Positions 15,892-30,789 of a stretch of DNA of 64,000 bases are shown here, in pieces. Origin of the DNA: Octopus vulgaris. Lineage: Eukaryota. The stretch lies in contig OX597819.1 in NCBI GenBank assembly GCA_951406725.2, positions 65,224,001 through 65,288,000 on the forward strand, given 5' to 3'. The position numbers were made by a program, and so were the translations under genes. Positions within the stretch are counted from its first letter, which is position 1. Each line of letters begins with the position of its first letter. A model generated the notes under the pieces. The model searched no databases, was not told where the DNA came from, and was given only the letters and a program-made list of their open reading frames with translations.

Positions 15892-16495
15892 GAAAAAAAA
15901 GAAAACACAAACATATATACACACATGCATAAACATATGTATATAAATACGTGTGAATGCAAAATATATGTATATCTATACCCATCTCTCTCTCTATATA
16001 TATATATATATAGGTGTGTGTGTGTGAGTATGTGTGTGTGTGTGTGTGTGTGTGTTTCTGCATGTGTATATAGGCAGCATTTTATGTGTATATGATTGAA
16101 TGAGCTCCAGAAAGCAATCCATCGGTGGACTAAGTATTTTTTGCACTGTTTTATCATTTTGACAGCAGAATTTAAGTGAAATATATTAAGTGTTTAATGT
16201 TGACCTTATAGAACTCCACCGGTGATACTAGTAACTCTAACAAACGACATTAAAGTATAAAATATAGGATCAAATAACCTATACAAATAACAGAATTCGA
16301 ATAAATAAATAAAAAAAAATGTGAATGATAAATGTACGCACGCATACACACACACACACGCACACACACATACTCACATACGCACATAGGAACTTACATA
16401 TATACTCGCTTGTATGTGTATCTCTCTCTCTGTCTCTCTCCCCCTATATATATGTGTGTGTGTGTGTGTTGGCGAGTATGTGCGTTTGTGTGTGG

Positions 16496-16537
<42 letters not shown>

Positions 16538-16698
16538 CTTTAGAGAGAGAAAGAGAAAGAGTGGTGATACATCATGTCGCCAACATTTACTGGAAATAGC
16601 CATACATATATACACACACACACATATATATATATATGTATGCATGTTTATGTGTGTGTTTATATATACATATATATAACTACGTACTAGGCTATATT

Positions 16699-16739
<41 letters not shown>

Positions 16740-17109
16740 TGACGCACAAATGCACACCCATATGTCTGATATTCTATTTTAAAACATTAACAATGGAGTA
16801 TAGGAATAAAATCGCTAACCCATTACAAATGGATATCAAATGATTACCATAGAATACATTATATCATATACCACCCTTTGCTTAGCTATCAAAGATATCA
16901 GTGGGATCAATATGATTATATTATCTTGATGTTGATGTTCTGAAGTCCATTTCCCTATCTAGCTGTATACCGCCATGTAAATTGAAATTCCACACAATAG
17001 AACTGCGTTCACTCTCTTCATCGTTCACACGTATTGTGCGACTCATTTTGAATGCCGCTCATAGTTGCACAAACACAGACACACACGCATAAATATTATA
17101 TATATATAA

Positions 17110-17207
<98 letters not shown>

Positions 17208-17320
17208 GGATAGATATATGTGTGTGTATGTGTGTATACATATATATACATATATATAAGTATGTATGGATGTATGGATGTATATATTCATTTATGCATG
17301 TGTGTATGTGTATATATATT

Positions 17321-17351
<31 letters not shown>

Positions 17352-17398
17352 GTATATACATATCCATATATATGTAAGTATATATGTAAGTATATATT

Positions 17399-17455
<57 letters not shown>

Positions 17456-17896
17456 GGATAGATATATGTGTGTGTATGTGTGTATACATATATATCCATA
17501 TATATATATAAGTATGTATGGATGTATGGATGTATATATTCATTTATGCATGTGTGTATGTATATATATATATATATATTTATATATATGTATATACATA
17601 TCCATATATATGTAAGAATATATTTATGTATATATATATGTATATATACGTCTGTGTGTGTGCGTGTGTGCATGTGTTTGTATGTGTGTGTGTGTGTGCA
17701 TGTGTGTGTGTGTATGTGTGTGTGTGCGTGTTTTCACTCGGTGTGTTCGTGTTTGCGCTTTTCTGTTGATACGTTCACACGTCTCTCTCTCTTGTTATAA
17801 AGGAAAGATATGAGTGAAGTATGAGATATGTGTTGTTTTGAAGTTCAGTAGTTCTTTGAAGTTTTAATGGGCCAGATAATCACATTTAAATGTATG

Positions 17897-17959
<63 letters not shown>

Positions 17960-20032
17960 TTGTGTGTTTGTTTGTACGCGCTTGTGTTTGATCATCTATA
18001 TACATACACCTATCAGTATGTGTGCATGAATCTGTATGATATGTGTGTGTTTGTGCGCGTTCGTTGTATGTGTGTTCGATTGTTAAGTGCATTTGTCGAT
18101 ATCTACATTTAACTACTCTGAAGACATACTTTCTTTGCTGTAAAATTTATAATAAACTATATAAGATAATATATATGCATGCATTCATACTTGCATCGAT
18201 AATTTTACACTAAGGCACTCTATAGTTATTTGCAAACTATCTATCCATCTTTCTATAATTGTTATATATATGTGTGTGTGAGCGTATACATAAATATATA
18301 GCTAGATTTACGCACACACACCACACACACTCACGCACAGACACGCGCTCATACGCATTGTGTGTGTGTTTGTTTTATTGCATCCCTTTAGTAAATTGTG
18401 AATAAGTAAACAACATATTTACATCACAGCTGTTATGTTCCGCCTTGCTAAAATAGTTCTCGCATTTAAGAAAGAAATCATATTTCTTAGACAGTCTTCA
18501 AATAGATTGTTACGTAATTGCTATTTTTAGTGTTTAGTCAAATAAATTGTCCCTTTCTACTTCTGCTGTGCAAGCGTTGACAATGTGAGTTATAATTTCA
18601 TATCGGACAACAATTTGCCGTTCACATGAAATCACTTGCCTACACTAAAGCGCAATTTACGAATATTGAATTCTTCGCTCAATGTTTTAAATACACAACT
18701 TGTGCAGCGTCCAATGATGTGTATAGACTGAAACACTGCAAATTCTTAAGTACATAACAACCATACCACAGATATTCCAGCTACTTCATATTTTCCCAGT
18801 ATTTCCTAAGTATTTAGAAAGATTTACGAACCATTCTGATTCTATAAAACAGGATCAAAGATAGTCGACAAATCACATCTGCTCTCACGAAATGATGGGG
18901 GCCTTCAAATGGCGATGATGGGAGCCGACACAAATCAAACATAACCAACAAGAAAACTTCCTAAGGAAATTTCTTAAACTATTCGTACACACAATCAACA
19001 AAGTGCCAATGAACCATAGCCACCAATACACCAATTTTATACAAAATTACTATAGCACAACCATAACAAACGCATAAAATTCGACATACTGCACAAAAAT
19101 AACAATGTGGGAAAACTCTCCGGGGAAGCAAGACATTTCGGTAAGAAATTTAAGGGGTGTACATATCTTCAAGTCTACCAAAATGTGGAAGTAAAATAGA
19201 AGTGTTGTTTCGCAAAGGTCTGGATTTCTCAGTGGAAACTGTTATTCTGGTAACAGTGGGTAAGTTGGTAGTGATGTACGTGTTCAACGTTGAATGATTT
19301 GCAGCTGTTTACGGCAGGACAGGCGTAATGATGTAGAAATGCTAAAATTTCCTTAAGCGTCTTGAATCTTTCTTAGGGGCAAATGCATATGTGCGTGTAT
19401 ATATGTGTATGTGTGTGTGAATGTGTGTGTGCGTGTGTGTGTATATGTGTGCTTATGTTTAGGCGCGCGTGTAAGCATGTATGTATGTGTGTATACAACC
19501 ATTCGTAGCTTTGATGTTTCGGCTCTTACTAAATATTTTCGATGGTTTCTTAGTTTTTTTTTCTGAATTTTAGGTTTTTCTTTCATAAGACCACCACAAG
19601 TATATGTGATATAACGTACAGAAAGATTTTATTTTCTTGCCATCTCTTATTTGTGTTAAGATTGTAAAGGCTGCTGTAAAATGTCCTTTTCATTTAGAAT
19701 GCGATTCTGAATTTACATGTGTTGTAGAGCATTCGAATTTTCCCCCATACAAGAAAAATTTCACTGGACAAATAAGGACGTCTGTAAAAAGGATACAAAT
19801 GAAAGTAATTATTAACCAGTGTCATAAGACTCACAATTAATCTAATGCTCACTGTAACGGTTGAAACACATTCTACAGATATTCTACCTTACTATAAAGG
19901 GCTACGTGGGAACATTTTATTATGTTGACACAATTACTCATAGCTAAGATAAATACCCATTCTATTGTATGCACTTGTCATGGACAAATAGGAAAAACTG
20001 CAGTCTTGTTCATAAACTGTTGTAAAATTCTC

Positions 20033-20635
20033 CGGCGCACCTCGAGGCACGTGTGATTCGAACTAGAAACTTTCACAGAGTGATAGAATCCGGAAGTGAA
20101 ACACTAATCTATTTATAATTGATATAGGATAAAAGTCTTTTCGGGAAAAAAATTTTATCAATGGCCAGCATATCAAAAAATGCCTTTAAAGATTTTTCTA
20201 TTTGGATATATTTGGGGTAGTTAAGTCTGCTCGGGACTTGGTGCTTGCTTCTTCCGTGGGTATGAATAAGTATTTCATTTATATCTCGCGTATGTGCCGC
20301 TGAAGAATGGAAAATTTCTTGTGAATTAACCTCGAAATTGGACCAATACGGTAATAACGAATTTTTTAGAGATTTCTATCGGTTTATTTCGAGACGCATA
20401 AATTTAATGGTTATCGACAATTTTTTTGTTTCAGCGTATCTGGCATTAGAATTTTTCTTCTGCCCTTATCTTGTAAATTATGCATAAATTACCTTTAAAG
20501 GCATTTTTTGATATGCTGGCCATTGATAAAATATTTTATCCTATATCAAATATAAATAGATTAGTGTTTCACTTCCGGATTCTATCACTCTGTGAAAGTT
20601 TCTATTTCGAATCACACGTGCCTCGAGGTGCACCG
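20033..20635. mobile_element. Foldback element, ~150-bp inverted arms, hammerhead-like motif in spacer
   Basis: 20033-20191 is inverted relative to 20493-20635. Confidence 0.75.
20295..20353 (+). ncRNA. Hammerhead-like motif (stem II base degenerate)
   Basis: UGCCG-CUGAAGA-AUGG...CCUC-GAAA-UUGGACCA-AUA|CGGUA. Confidence 0.6.
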
Positions 20636-21074
20636 AAGATTTTTCTATTTGTATATATATAAACAGATATAGATAGATCGACATATAGATAGATAAATAT
20701 ATTTGTATACATATGAACACATGCAATTCGTGAGTATATTTTATGTATATGCATTTGGGTCACCATGTGTGTGCGTGTGCATGTGTGTCAGTGTGAGTAT
20801 AGCTTTGTTCTTTAAATTTTCCACTGTTTCTCGTTATCAATTATGAAATTTTGGATCCATAGCTATGATTATTTTTTGGTACAATGTATGCCTCGCTATT
20901 CCCACCATTGATTTTATTCTTCTAATTATGGTTTTACGAGGATGCATCTGGCCCGAATTTGTGTGAGGAGTAATGCCTATGATTTTTTTTTTTATATATT
21001 GTGACAACCACAGATGCTATAATAGGTTTTATTCAATTTTGTTATGATTTAGTTATTCTAGAATCTACTTTGTT

Positions 21075-21600
21075 CTACTCTTCTGCCTTAGCGAAGTCGG
21101 AGGTATTGTTTTCTGTCATGTTTGTTTGAATGTGGACAAGATATCTCAAGAATCACTGGATCGATTTGAATAAAACATTCAGAGATGTTTGACCTCGTGA
21201 CTTGTACGAAATAATTAGATTTTGGGTTCGATCCAGTTTCGGACAAGGATTCTGGATTATGTGTTATATTTACATTACATGATTACGATCCTACTTTAAC
21301 TTTCAAGTATTTCTCAAATATCTCCCATTAGACTGTAACTATTTTGAATGGTAAATCTGTTAAGCTTGGCTTGTATAGGATAAGGATAAACTATTTATTA
21401 CTGTTACAAAATTTTTTACAGCCACCTTCACAATTTCATGACTTCCATTAGGATAGATCAGGTACTGGACATGGATTCTGAATTAAACAGTCGAGTTTAT
21501 TTCAGATATTCTCATTTAAAAAATCCTCTCTGGCTAATTGTTGAGAGGGCGTTTGTGTTGCCTATGCAGACTTTTGCACTCTCTGGATGCTTTTGTTCCT
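21075..21600 (+). mobile_element. Helentron-associated (HINE-like) non-autonomous element
   Basis: Start CTGCCTTAGCGAAGTCGGAGGTATTGTTTT, internal ATTAGATTTTGGGTTCGATCC, end TTTGCACTCTCTGGATGCTTTTGTT. Confidence 0.45.
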
Positions 21601-22483
21601 TTATGCTTTTAAGACAGTTCTGATTTTATATGGGTCGCAGATCCACAGAGACAAACCAGTGATTTCAAAATGTTCATGCAGTAAATGTAGCCCTACCACT
21701 CATGGACAATTCAAAATCAACGTAAATAATTGACCGAATTCGATAATACTTCGATGACACAGCAATGGATTTTCTCAAATACTTATTTGAAAAGAAAATA
21801 TGAATAGAATAAGGCAGTGATAAAATCAACCGAAGGAAATTGTTCAATCACAGGGCTCTGAATTTAAATCAGTCATTGGTTGACATTCACTTTTAGTTGA
21901 ATTTCATTTACTATGCCATAACGCTGAAACGAAAACCTTAAAAATCAGCAAGCAGCTGTGATAGAAAGTTTATTATTTAGTTACATGAGCAGTAATTTTG
22001 AAGTTAAGTGGTTAATCGATGCCATTGAGTACAGACGTCTAACAATAGGAATGGTTATTGTTGTATACCGATGTGTTAAAAGGAATGTGATGTTGCAGGG
22101 TATTAATACCAAATAATAAATTAGATAATGTTTATTACCGCAAACATGTGTGCTACTTTGTGTGTTTAATTGGATATCTACCAGATTTTAAGTACGAATT
22201 ATACACATGTAGAGGCGCAGGCATGGCTATGTAGTAAAAAGTTTCCTTCCCAACCACATGGTTCCGGGTTCAGATTTTTACTATAGCCTTGGGCTGCCCA
22301 AAGCCTTGTGAGTAGATTTGGTAGAGAGAAACTGAAATATATAATACAATTTCACTATTTATTACTATGTATTGTACTTTTAGAATAAGGTATTTATAGT
22401 ATATGTTTTCTATATGGTGTGAAAAACATCTTTCATTATTGAATTGTTTAATAGAGGTTTTTTTCTCTAAATTATATACATAA

Positions 22484-22521
<38 letters not shown>

Positions 22522-22580
22522 CATGGTAGCTTCAGCTCAGAGCTGTGGTCATGCTGGAGCACCGCCGTTTTACTACAATG

Positions 22581-22615
<35 letters not shown>

Positions 22616-22665
22616 TTGTACTTGTTTCAGTCATTTGACTGCGGCCATGCTGGAGCACCGCCTTT

Positions 22666-22833
22666 AGAGTGGTGAAAGAGTACAGCAGGGATCACCACCT
22701 CCTGCTGGAGCCTCGTGGAGCTTTTAGGTGTTTTTTTTCGCTCAATAAACACACACAACGCCCGGTCTGGGAATCGAAACCGCGATCCTCCGACCGCAAG
22801 TCCGCTGCCCTAACCACTAGGCCATTGCGCCTC
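22666..22833 (-). mobile_element. SINE family C, 5' half
   Basis: Reverse complement of 40603-40770. Confidence 0.75.
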
Positions 22834-22932
22834 TATATATATATATATATATATAATAAATATTAGGGAATAAATCCAAACTTAAAGGGAAAAATCAGAT
22901 TTAGGAGTGAATCCAATTTTATAGTAAAATAA

Positions 22933-23111
22933 TATATTATATTACATTAGAGACAAAACCACTATTAGGCAAATCAAACAATGTGTGATATTAATTATAT
23001 TTTTTTAATAATTTTGTTATATATTTAAATAATATAAATTAAATAATATTATGTATTGGATTAAGTTTTTCATTGTTTGATTCGCCTAATAGTGGTTTTG
23101 TCTCTAATTTA

Positions 23112-23120
<9 letters not shown>
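22933..23120. repeat. Short foldback; arm family also present at 831-870
   Basis: TTAGAGACAAAACCACTATTAGGCAAATCAAACAATG inverted at 23071-23110. Confidence 0.7.
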
Positions 23121-23193
<73 letters not shown>

Positions 23194-23748
23194 GTTACCA
23201 TTTTTAGGCTATTTTAATGTTTTCTTTACTTACGACACCCATATCAAATGATGAGCGATAGAATTATAAAAAATGAGTTTGCAATATGCTCTTTTGATTT
23301 TTTAAAAGATTTCCACTGCGATTCCCTGTCATCTATGGAAATTACTTTCCATACGTCAACATAATTATTGCTCTCACACTTTATACGTTCAATTATTATT
23401 AACTCCTCGTTAATGTTTGTTTCTTATGATACTTGCTGAACTTCAAAGATTTCTTCGTTTTACATCTAAAGTAATTCTGTATATTCATAGAATGTGACAT
23501 ATGCAATATTTATAATTTAGCAAATCCTTATTTGGTGTAGATTTCGTAGAGATTTTATAAAATGCGCAGTTCCTTTTAAATACAGTTCCTAAAAAAAAAC
23601 TTATATATATATATATTCCAGAGATTCTCAATATTCTTGGACTGAGTAATATGTTGCTTCAAAAATGTTGTACCAGAATAGGAAATACCACATATATATA
23701 CATACATATATATATATATATATATACATATACACACACTCACATATA

Positions 23749-23805
<57 letters not shown>

Positions 23806-23893
23806 CAGAGTTTCTCAATATTCTCGGACTGAGGAATATGTTATTTAAAAATGTTGTACCAGAATAGGAAACACCATATATATACATACATAT

Positions 23894-24008
<115 letters not shown>

Positions 24009-24945
24009 TTATAATCGATGGAGGAAACAGAAGATGGATTTGGTATGTATCTATTTTGCAGGATGATCGCTTCGACCTATTAACTGAAAGTATTACACAC
24101 ACACACACGCACGCACTTATATATAAATAATTATGTATGTATATATACATATATCGGATCAATGCAACCACTGATCAATGTGGTATTTCAGTCTGCTAGA
24201 AACAGCAATCAAATACATTTGATATATCCTGACATAATGCACGTTCATTAATGTGTTACTTGTTCCCTTGCAGTAATGAAGGAATGGAATTTTCAAGACC
24301 GATGTGTCTTACTTCTTTCGTCTGCTCTATTAATCTTTTTACTGTTATTGATCAATTGTCTCTGTTATTAGACTGCAGCCCTGCTAGGATTTTAATTGAA
24401 AAATTTGACGCTAGTACTTCCATATTTTCTTAAACAAAATACTTTTCTTTTTTTAACCTAGTAATTATCAGTATCTTTTCGCGTGCAGCTGTGTTAGGAC
24501 GACGTAAGTAAACCAAGGAAGGTTGTTAAGTAGTGTGACTGACGACTGCAGAGCAGGTTGTAATGTGATCTTCTTAATTACACAGCTATGCTGGGTAGAT
24601 CACCGTGGCAACAAACAGAGTCGTTGCAACAATATTTAAGACCGCAACGATATTAAGAAACACAATCAGGTGACAAAAAAGAAACAACAAAAAGACTAAC
24701 GTCGTAGCAGAAACCAATAGGTAAATATACAACTAGAAGTAATGACAGGATCGTCAGGTGTAGAAATGCTTATTCCGACTTCAAACGGGTGCAAAATAAC
24801 AGGTATATAATATATAAACTTCATAGGAGTGCAACTGATTGCCAATTATAGCTTTAACTTTATGTAATATTTGATAAATATAACACACACACACACACAT
24901 ATATATATATAAGTAAATTTATATGTATATATACATACAAATGTT

Positions 24946-24987
<42 letters not shown>

Positions 24988-25214
24988 TGTATATATATAT
25001 ATATATATACATGTATGTATATATGTGTGAGTGTATGTGTGCATGTTATTTATAGAACATAATTACGCAAATGGTTTGATTGCAACTTGTTGCTTCGTGC
25101 ACATAAATGTTTATACACGTGTGTATCTCCATGTGTATATATATGCCTGTGCGTGGTCATAGGCATATATGTATAGATCTATGTAGGTATATATGCCTCC
25201 CAACTCTCTCTCTC

Positions 25215-25245
<31 letters not shown>

Positions 25246-25834
25246 CATATGTACATTTATTCACATATGATCATGTATAAATACACACATTTATGTATAC
25301 ATTTATGTACACACATATATGTGTTGTGTGTGTATGCATGTATGTGCGTGCGTGCGTCTGTGTGTCTTTTGCATTTGCGCGTGTTGGGTTTATTTTTGCA
25401 TGCGTGTATGTGTGTATGTATGCGCGCGTGTCTGTTTTCGTGTGGTCGCGTGTTTGTGCGGTTGTGTGAAACCCTAACAGAGATGAAAGCTAAATGTGGT
25501 AGGTACGGATGGAGCGTGCAACAGTGTGATACTCAAAGAATTTGTTAGCTGTAGAAAGATATAACATTGTGAAGGGAAGAGAGAACCAATGAATGTGATC
25601 GTGAATAAGGGAGAATTACTATAAGATTCGTAGATTGAGACGCGGAGACAGAAACGTAAGAAGGAGGTAGAAAAACAGTTTCAGACTGAGAGAAATGAAG
25701 ACAAACAGACAGATATCTGTTATTGGTATCTGCTTTTGATATTCGCCAAGCTACGGGAATCATCGTTTGATGTCTTAAGCTACCTTCCAGTGATTAGAAT
25801 TTTAATAGTGAAGATAGTAAGGATAACAAATTCA

Positions 25835-26014
25835 GCAACATCAACATCAACAACAACAACAACAACAATATCAATAATATCACCAACAACATCAACAACA
25901 ATAGCTACAATGACAACCGCATCATCAACAGCAGCAGTAATATAAATGAAAAGCAAATCAACAACTTGAAAATAATGATGATATTAATAATAATAATAAT
26001 AAGAAGAAGAAGAA

Positions 26015-26062
<48 letters not shown>

Positions 26063-26280
26063 TGATAATAACAATAATAATGATGATGATCATGATCATG
26101 ATGATGTTAGTGATATGGATAATGATGATGCAGAAGGTGATAATGATGATGATGACGAAGATGATGATGATGCTACTGGATAATAACTATATTAATAACA
26201 ATACTTAACAAAAAATACTTAGCAAAAATAGAAAAATAGAAAATAAAAATAACAACAGTAATAACAACAACAACAACAAC

Positions 26281-26320
<40 letters not shown>

Positions 26321-26345
26321 GTAATAATAATAAGAAGAAGAACAA

Positions 26346-26412
<67 letters not shown>
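25835..26412. repeat. Compound trinucleotide microsatellites (AAC, AAT, GAT, GCA, GTA)
   Basis: Direct reading. Confidence 0.95.
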
Positions 26413-26413
<1 letters not shown>

Positions 26414-27054
26414 TATGAGGACCACAGGAACATTAATATTCGAAACAATAATGTGAATAATGGCGTTAAGATAAAAACAATATAAATAGTAAATAAAAAT
26501 AATGATATCAGTAACAAGAACGGCATTAATAACTATTAATGAAGAAAAACAGTGAAAGACGATAGCAAAGAGAGAGAGAAAGGAGCAGCAACAAGAAAGA
26601 GAAATGGGAAGATAAAGAATCGGTTCGTGTTGTTGCAAGACACGCAACAAGTCAAAAGAATTGATTCCACAAATACACGCAAAACAAAGTCATGTTTTAG
26701 TTTTGAAATATTTGATGTATCTCTTGTATGCATACATGTCAACAAACTTGCGCGCACTCACTCCTTTCCCCCACGCACACACGCCTGCATACGTGTATAT
26801 ACATATGTATGTATATTGGGTTGTCAAAAATGTTCGTGCCGATTTACAGTAGCTTACCTTTCGACTTATTTTAGAACATGGTTAGGTCCCATAAAATAGG
26901 ATTTCAGTACACGTCCATTTAGAGCACCGTTTAAGTTATTTTCTCGTGGGAAAAGTTTTATGTTCTTATAATCTGTGTTAATTCTGTAACCGTTTAAAAT
27001 GGAAGATAAAAAAGTTCATTTTCGGGACCTGATGCTTTGAGTACCAGAAACAAA

Positions 27055-27365
27055 TTGCTGCAGCCCGGCTGGGTTGTTTTACCCCACCCTCCATTTTCAC
27101 CAGATATTTCTCCTTCGGATTTCCACTTATTCAGGTCTCTGCAGATTAGTCTTAATGGTAAAAATGTCAATTCCTTTGATGACGTAAAAAGATACCTTGA
27201 TGAATTATTTGCCATGAAACCCCCTCGATTCTGGGAAGAGGATATTTTCACGTTAAAGGAAAGATGGAGACGCATTGTACAACATAATGGTTCATATTTG
27301 GTTGATTAAAATATGTAATGGCAAATATATTGACCTACTTTCCTTTAAAAATCGACAACCCAATA
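27055..27365 (+). mobile_element. Mariner transposase C-terminal fragment and right end
   Basis: GWVVLPHPPFSPDISPSDFHLFRSLQ (YSPDLAPxD-type motif)...WRRIVQHNGSY; ends CAACCCAATA. Confidence 0.85.
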
Positions 27366-27583
27366 TGTGTATATATGAGGCTATAGTAGATGTTCGTCCA
27401 AGATACGACGTAGTGGGACTGAACTCGGAACCATGTGGTTAGAAAGAAAGATTCTTACCACACAGCTACTCCCGCACAGATGTATACAGATATATATGCA
27501 CACAAATTGAAAGAAAAAAGAAAGATATATATATATACTTATATATATATATATATATACTTTATTTTAAGCAGCAGAAAATT

Positions 27584-27639
27584 CAACAAAATCTGTTACT
27601 CTGAGTTTCTCGTTGCCGTTCATCAGAGAGTTTTTGTTA
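27584..27639 (-). ncRNA. Minimal hammerhead-like motif in a pLTR-like fragment
   Basis: AACAAAAACUCU-CUGAUGA-ACGGCAACGA-GAAAC-UCAGA-GUA|ACAGAUUUUGUU, with a GCAA tetraloop and near-palindromic stem III. Confidence 0.65.
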
Positions 27640-28723
27640 GAATGGAACCGATATATCAATTCAATCTATACTCTTACAAACGCTACACCTTTAAAAAGAA
27701 ATGGACTTGTTTGATTGGCCCTTTAGAAAAAAACGGTCAATCTTCGAGCGATAAACAAAAAGGTCAAAAATATATGTATATATATATAAAAAAGCTTATA
27801 AAAATTATAAAAATTATAAAATCCGAGGAAAAAACCTTACATTGAATAAAATACATATTGACATTAATGAAGAAAGTATAAATTAATTCATAGGAATTAA
27901 ACCTGTTATAAATATTACACTGCAATACATATTTTTATTAAAATGTGCATATATATATCAACATACACAAAAAGGATGCGCGCCAACGCCATACATATAC
28001 AGACGTATGAATATAAATCTAAATATACACATAAATGCATGTGTACATATATTCAAGCAAAACCATCTCGCACGCAAGTTAAAAATCGTGTATGTAGCGA
28101 TTCTCATATACTGAGTAAGGGGGGGAACGAAAGGAAGGAAGAGAGAGAAAAAGGAACGAAGGAGGGGTGGGGAAAAAACGAAATAAGAAAAAATTATGTA
28201 TACAATCTGTGTAACGGCGTTATTGGCATATATGGAGACAAATATACAAACAAGTTCGTATGGATACATACATACAGTCGTGTATATGTGTGCTTAAGCA
28301 CAAACATACTCTCACTTACACATACACAGATACGCATGCTTACAAATACATATCCTCGGCTATACACATACTTACATCAACATTTTAATTTTGACAACAT
28401 TGCTTTTTTTGAAACAAACATTGCTTTTTAAAAAGAATGGGTGCATTAATAAAAATATATACGAAAGACATATAAAATAAAATAACACCCTATTTTGGAT
28501 CATTTATAAATAATCAAGGTAATATAAATAATCAAGGTAATCCTATACAATACAGTAACCTGAAAACAGGGTCGAAGGTTTTTTTCTGATGTATATGTAG
28601 AAACATAAGACTTTGCTATACGGATTAAGATCCGCATAGCTTGGAAAACAAAATCCATTGTAGCGCTCATCGTTCAAGAGTCAAAATCAAAATTTCAAAA
28701 ATCAAAAATACAAAATATATACT

Positions 28724-28875
28724 CTATCCATATGGTATATTTATATTCGACATTTTAAATTTAGCCGCGTGCCTACATAAGTTCATTAGCTCGCTTCTTT
28801 GATTCAAAGAATTATTGTCTTTGAATAAGATGTACATTTTTTCTAATAGACAAAGTCTGCACTTGAAATTATTTT
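28724..28875 (-). pseudogene. Penelope-like element GIY-YIG endonuclease C-terminal fragment
   Basis: [13 protein letters not shown]...[19 protein letters not shown] matches the CxLCxxEK...LNxRxEL...CRH tail I recognise from PLE ORFs; 5'-truncated at a microsatellite. Confidence 0.75.
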
Positions 28876-28890
28876 TACATATATATATAT

Positions 28891-28965
<75 letters not shown>

Positions 28966-28968
28966 TAT

Positions 28969-29029
<61 letters not shown>

Positions 29030-29054
29030 ATAAACATACATATATATATATATA

Positions 29055-29281
29055 TATTTCTTTACTACCCACAAGGGGCTAAACACAGAGGGGACAAACA
29101 AGGATAGACAAAGGGATTAAGTCGATTACATCGACCCCAGTGCGTAGCTGGTACTTAATTTATCGACCCCTAAAGGATGAAAGGCAAAGTCGACCTCGGC
29201 AGAATTTGAACTCGGAACGTAACGACAGACGAAATACGGCTACACATTTCACCCGGCCTGCTAACGCTTCGCCCAGCTCGC
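29055..29281 (-). mobile_element. SINE family D
   Basis: GGTACTTAATTTATCGACCCC..AAGGATGAAAGGCAAAGTCGACCTCGGC. Confidence 0.8.
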
Positions 29282-30789
29282 ATATATATATATATATATA
29301 TATACATATACATACACACACGCGCATACACACACATGCATGCATACTTGTCCATATAATCAAAGATATTTTGATGAAAATATAAATAACACCTCTTACT
29401 ATTTTTATTGTTATGTCGTTAAGATATTCAATCGGGTACATGAGAATATAGGGAATGGGTATTTGATAAAACCAATCCGCAATGACTCTTTAAAATTTTA
29501 GTGTAATGTTTCAAAATGACTATAATTTTCATGCTAGAAATTCTATAGCGAATGTTTGATACCGTACGTGTCCTGATGTATACTCATGCATATTACTCCA
29601 CACATATTCCATGTGAGTATATATGAATATGTATATTTTTGCGTACGTGTTGATGTCACTTTATTACTTCGTTGTATATTGATATTTTTGTAGAATCATT
29701 TTTCCATGTCAATTTAGTGTGTCAGCTATCCTTTGTAATATAAGAAATTTATATTTATGTGAAACATTAAGATTTTCATTTGGTTCATATTCGTAAGCGT
29801 TTAATCTTTCAAATTTTGCTTAATTCTACTTGCATATATCACAGATTCTTCAATGCAATTTCCACTAACTGCACATTCGTTACAAAGGAGATATTACAAT
29901 TTCTTACTACATTTGTAATAATCTGGTTATATTAATACATATCTTCCTATTGTTTTCGGCTGTTAGCATCTTAAAAAGTTTGTTAAAGCCAAATATTCTA
30001 TATTGAGCGAATTTTAATGAGGATTTTTTGTACGTTTATTATCCTCTCTTGGATAATACCTTGATGGGAACTGAAGAAAAGTTTTGTCCATTTTACTGCA
30101 CATATTAATCGAAAAGGACGATTCAACGCCTACCACTTCCGCATGAAATTGCTTCTGTTTATAATATTTAATAGTTTTCTTGGCGGCATAAGACGTCAAT
30201 GCATTACAATACACAAAGATTATTCTATTAAGAGATTTTTTTTCACGAGACATTGTCGAAAATTGGTTTTGCAAGAAGTTTTATAGACGCATATAATTAC
30301 ATACGTAAAGGCACACGCAAACACACCTAAGTATATATATATATATGTATATATATGTATAGTTGTATGTTTGTGCGTATGCATAAAGGAATTATATAGA
30401 CACATATAATCACATATGTATATACACTCTCATAAACACATACACGCACATATACATTCATATATATAAGTATGTATCTATCAATGCATATAGAAGGTGT
30501 GATAACCGAAACATCGAAGTCAGTGCCTAGTGTTTCCTTGTAAATGCATAATCCCCTCCAAAATAAATATGTATTTGCATGTACATAGTGAGGTCACGGG
30601 TATGCGATTAGAAACATATAAGAAATAGTCGCAGGACAGATTCAATGTGAGCCAACCTTCACGTCTTCTGAATTCTCTTGAATACTTGGCAAGACAGATT
30701 ATCGTAGCAGGTTTAGGTAATTAGTACAAGCCACAATAGTACCAAAGACAATGGGTTATATATTAGTTTCATGATTTGCCGCACTATAC

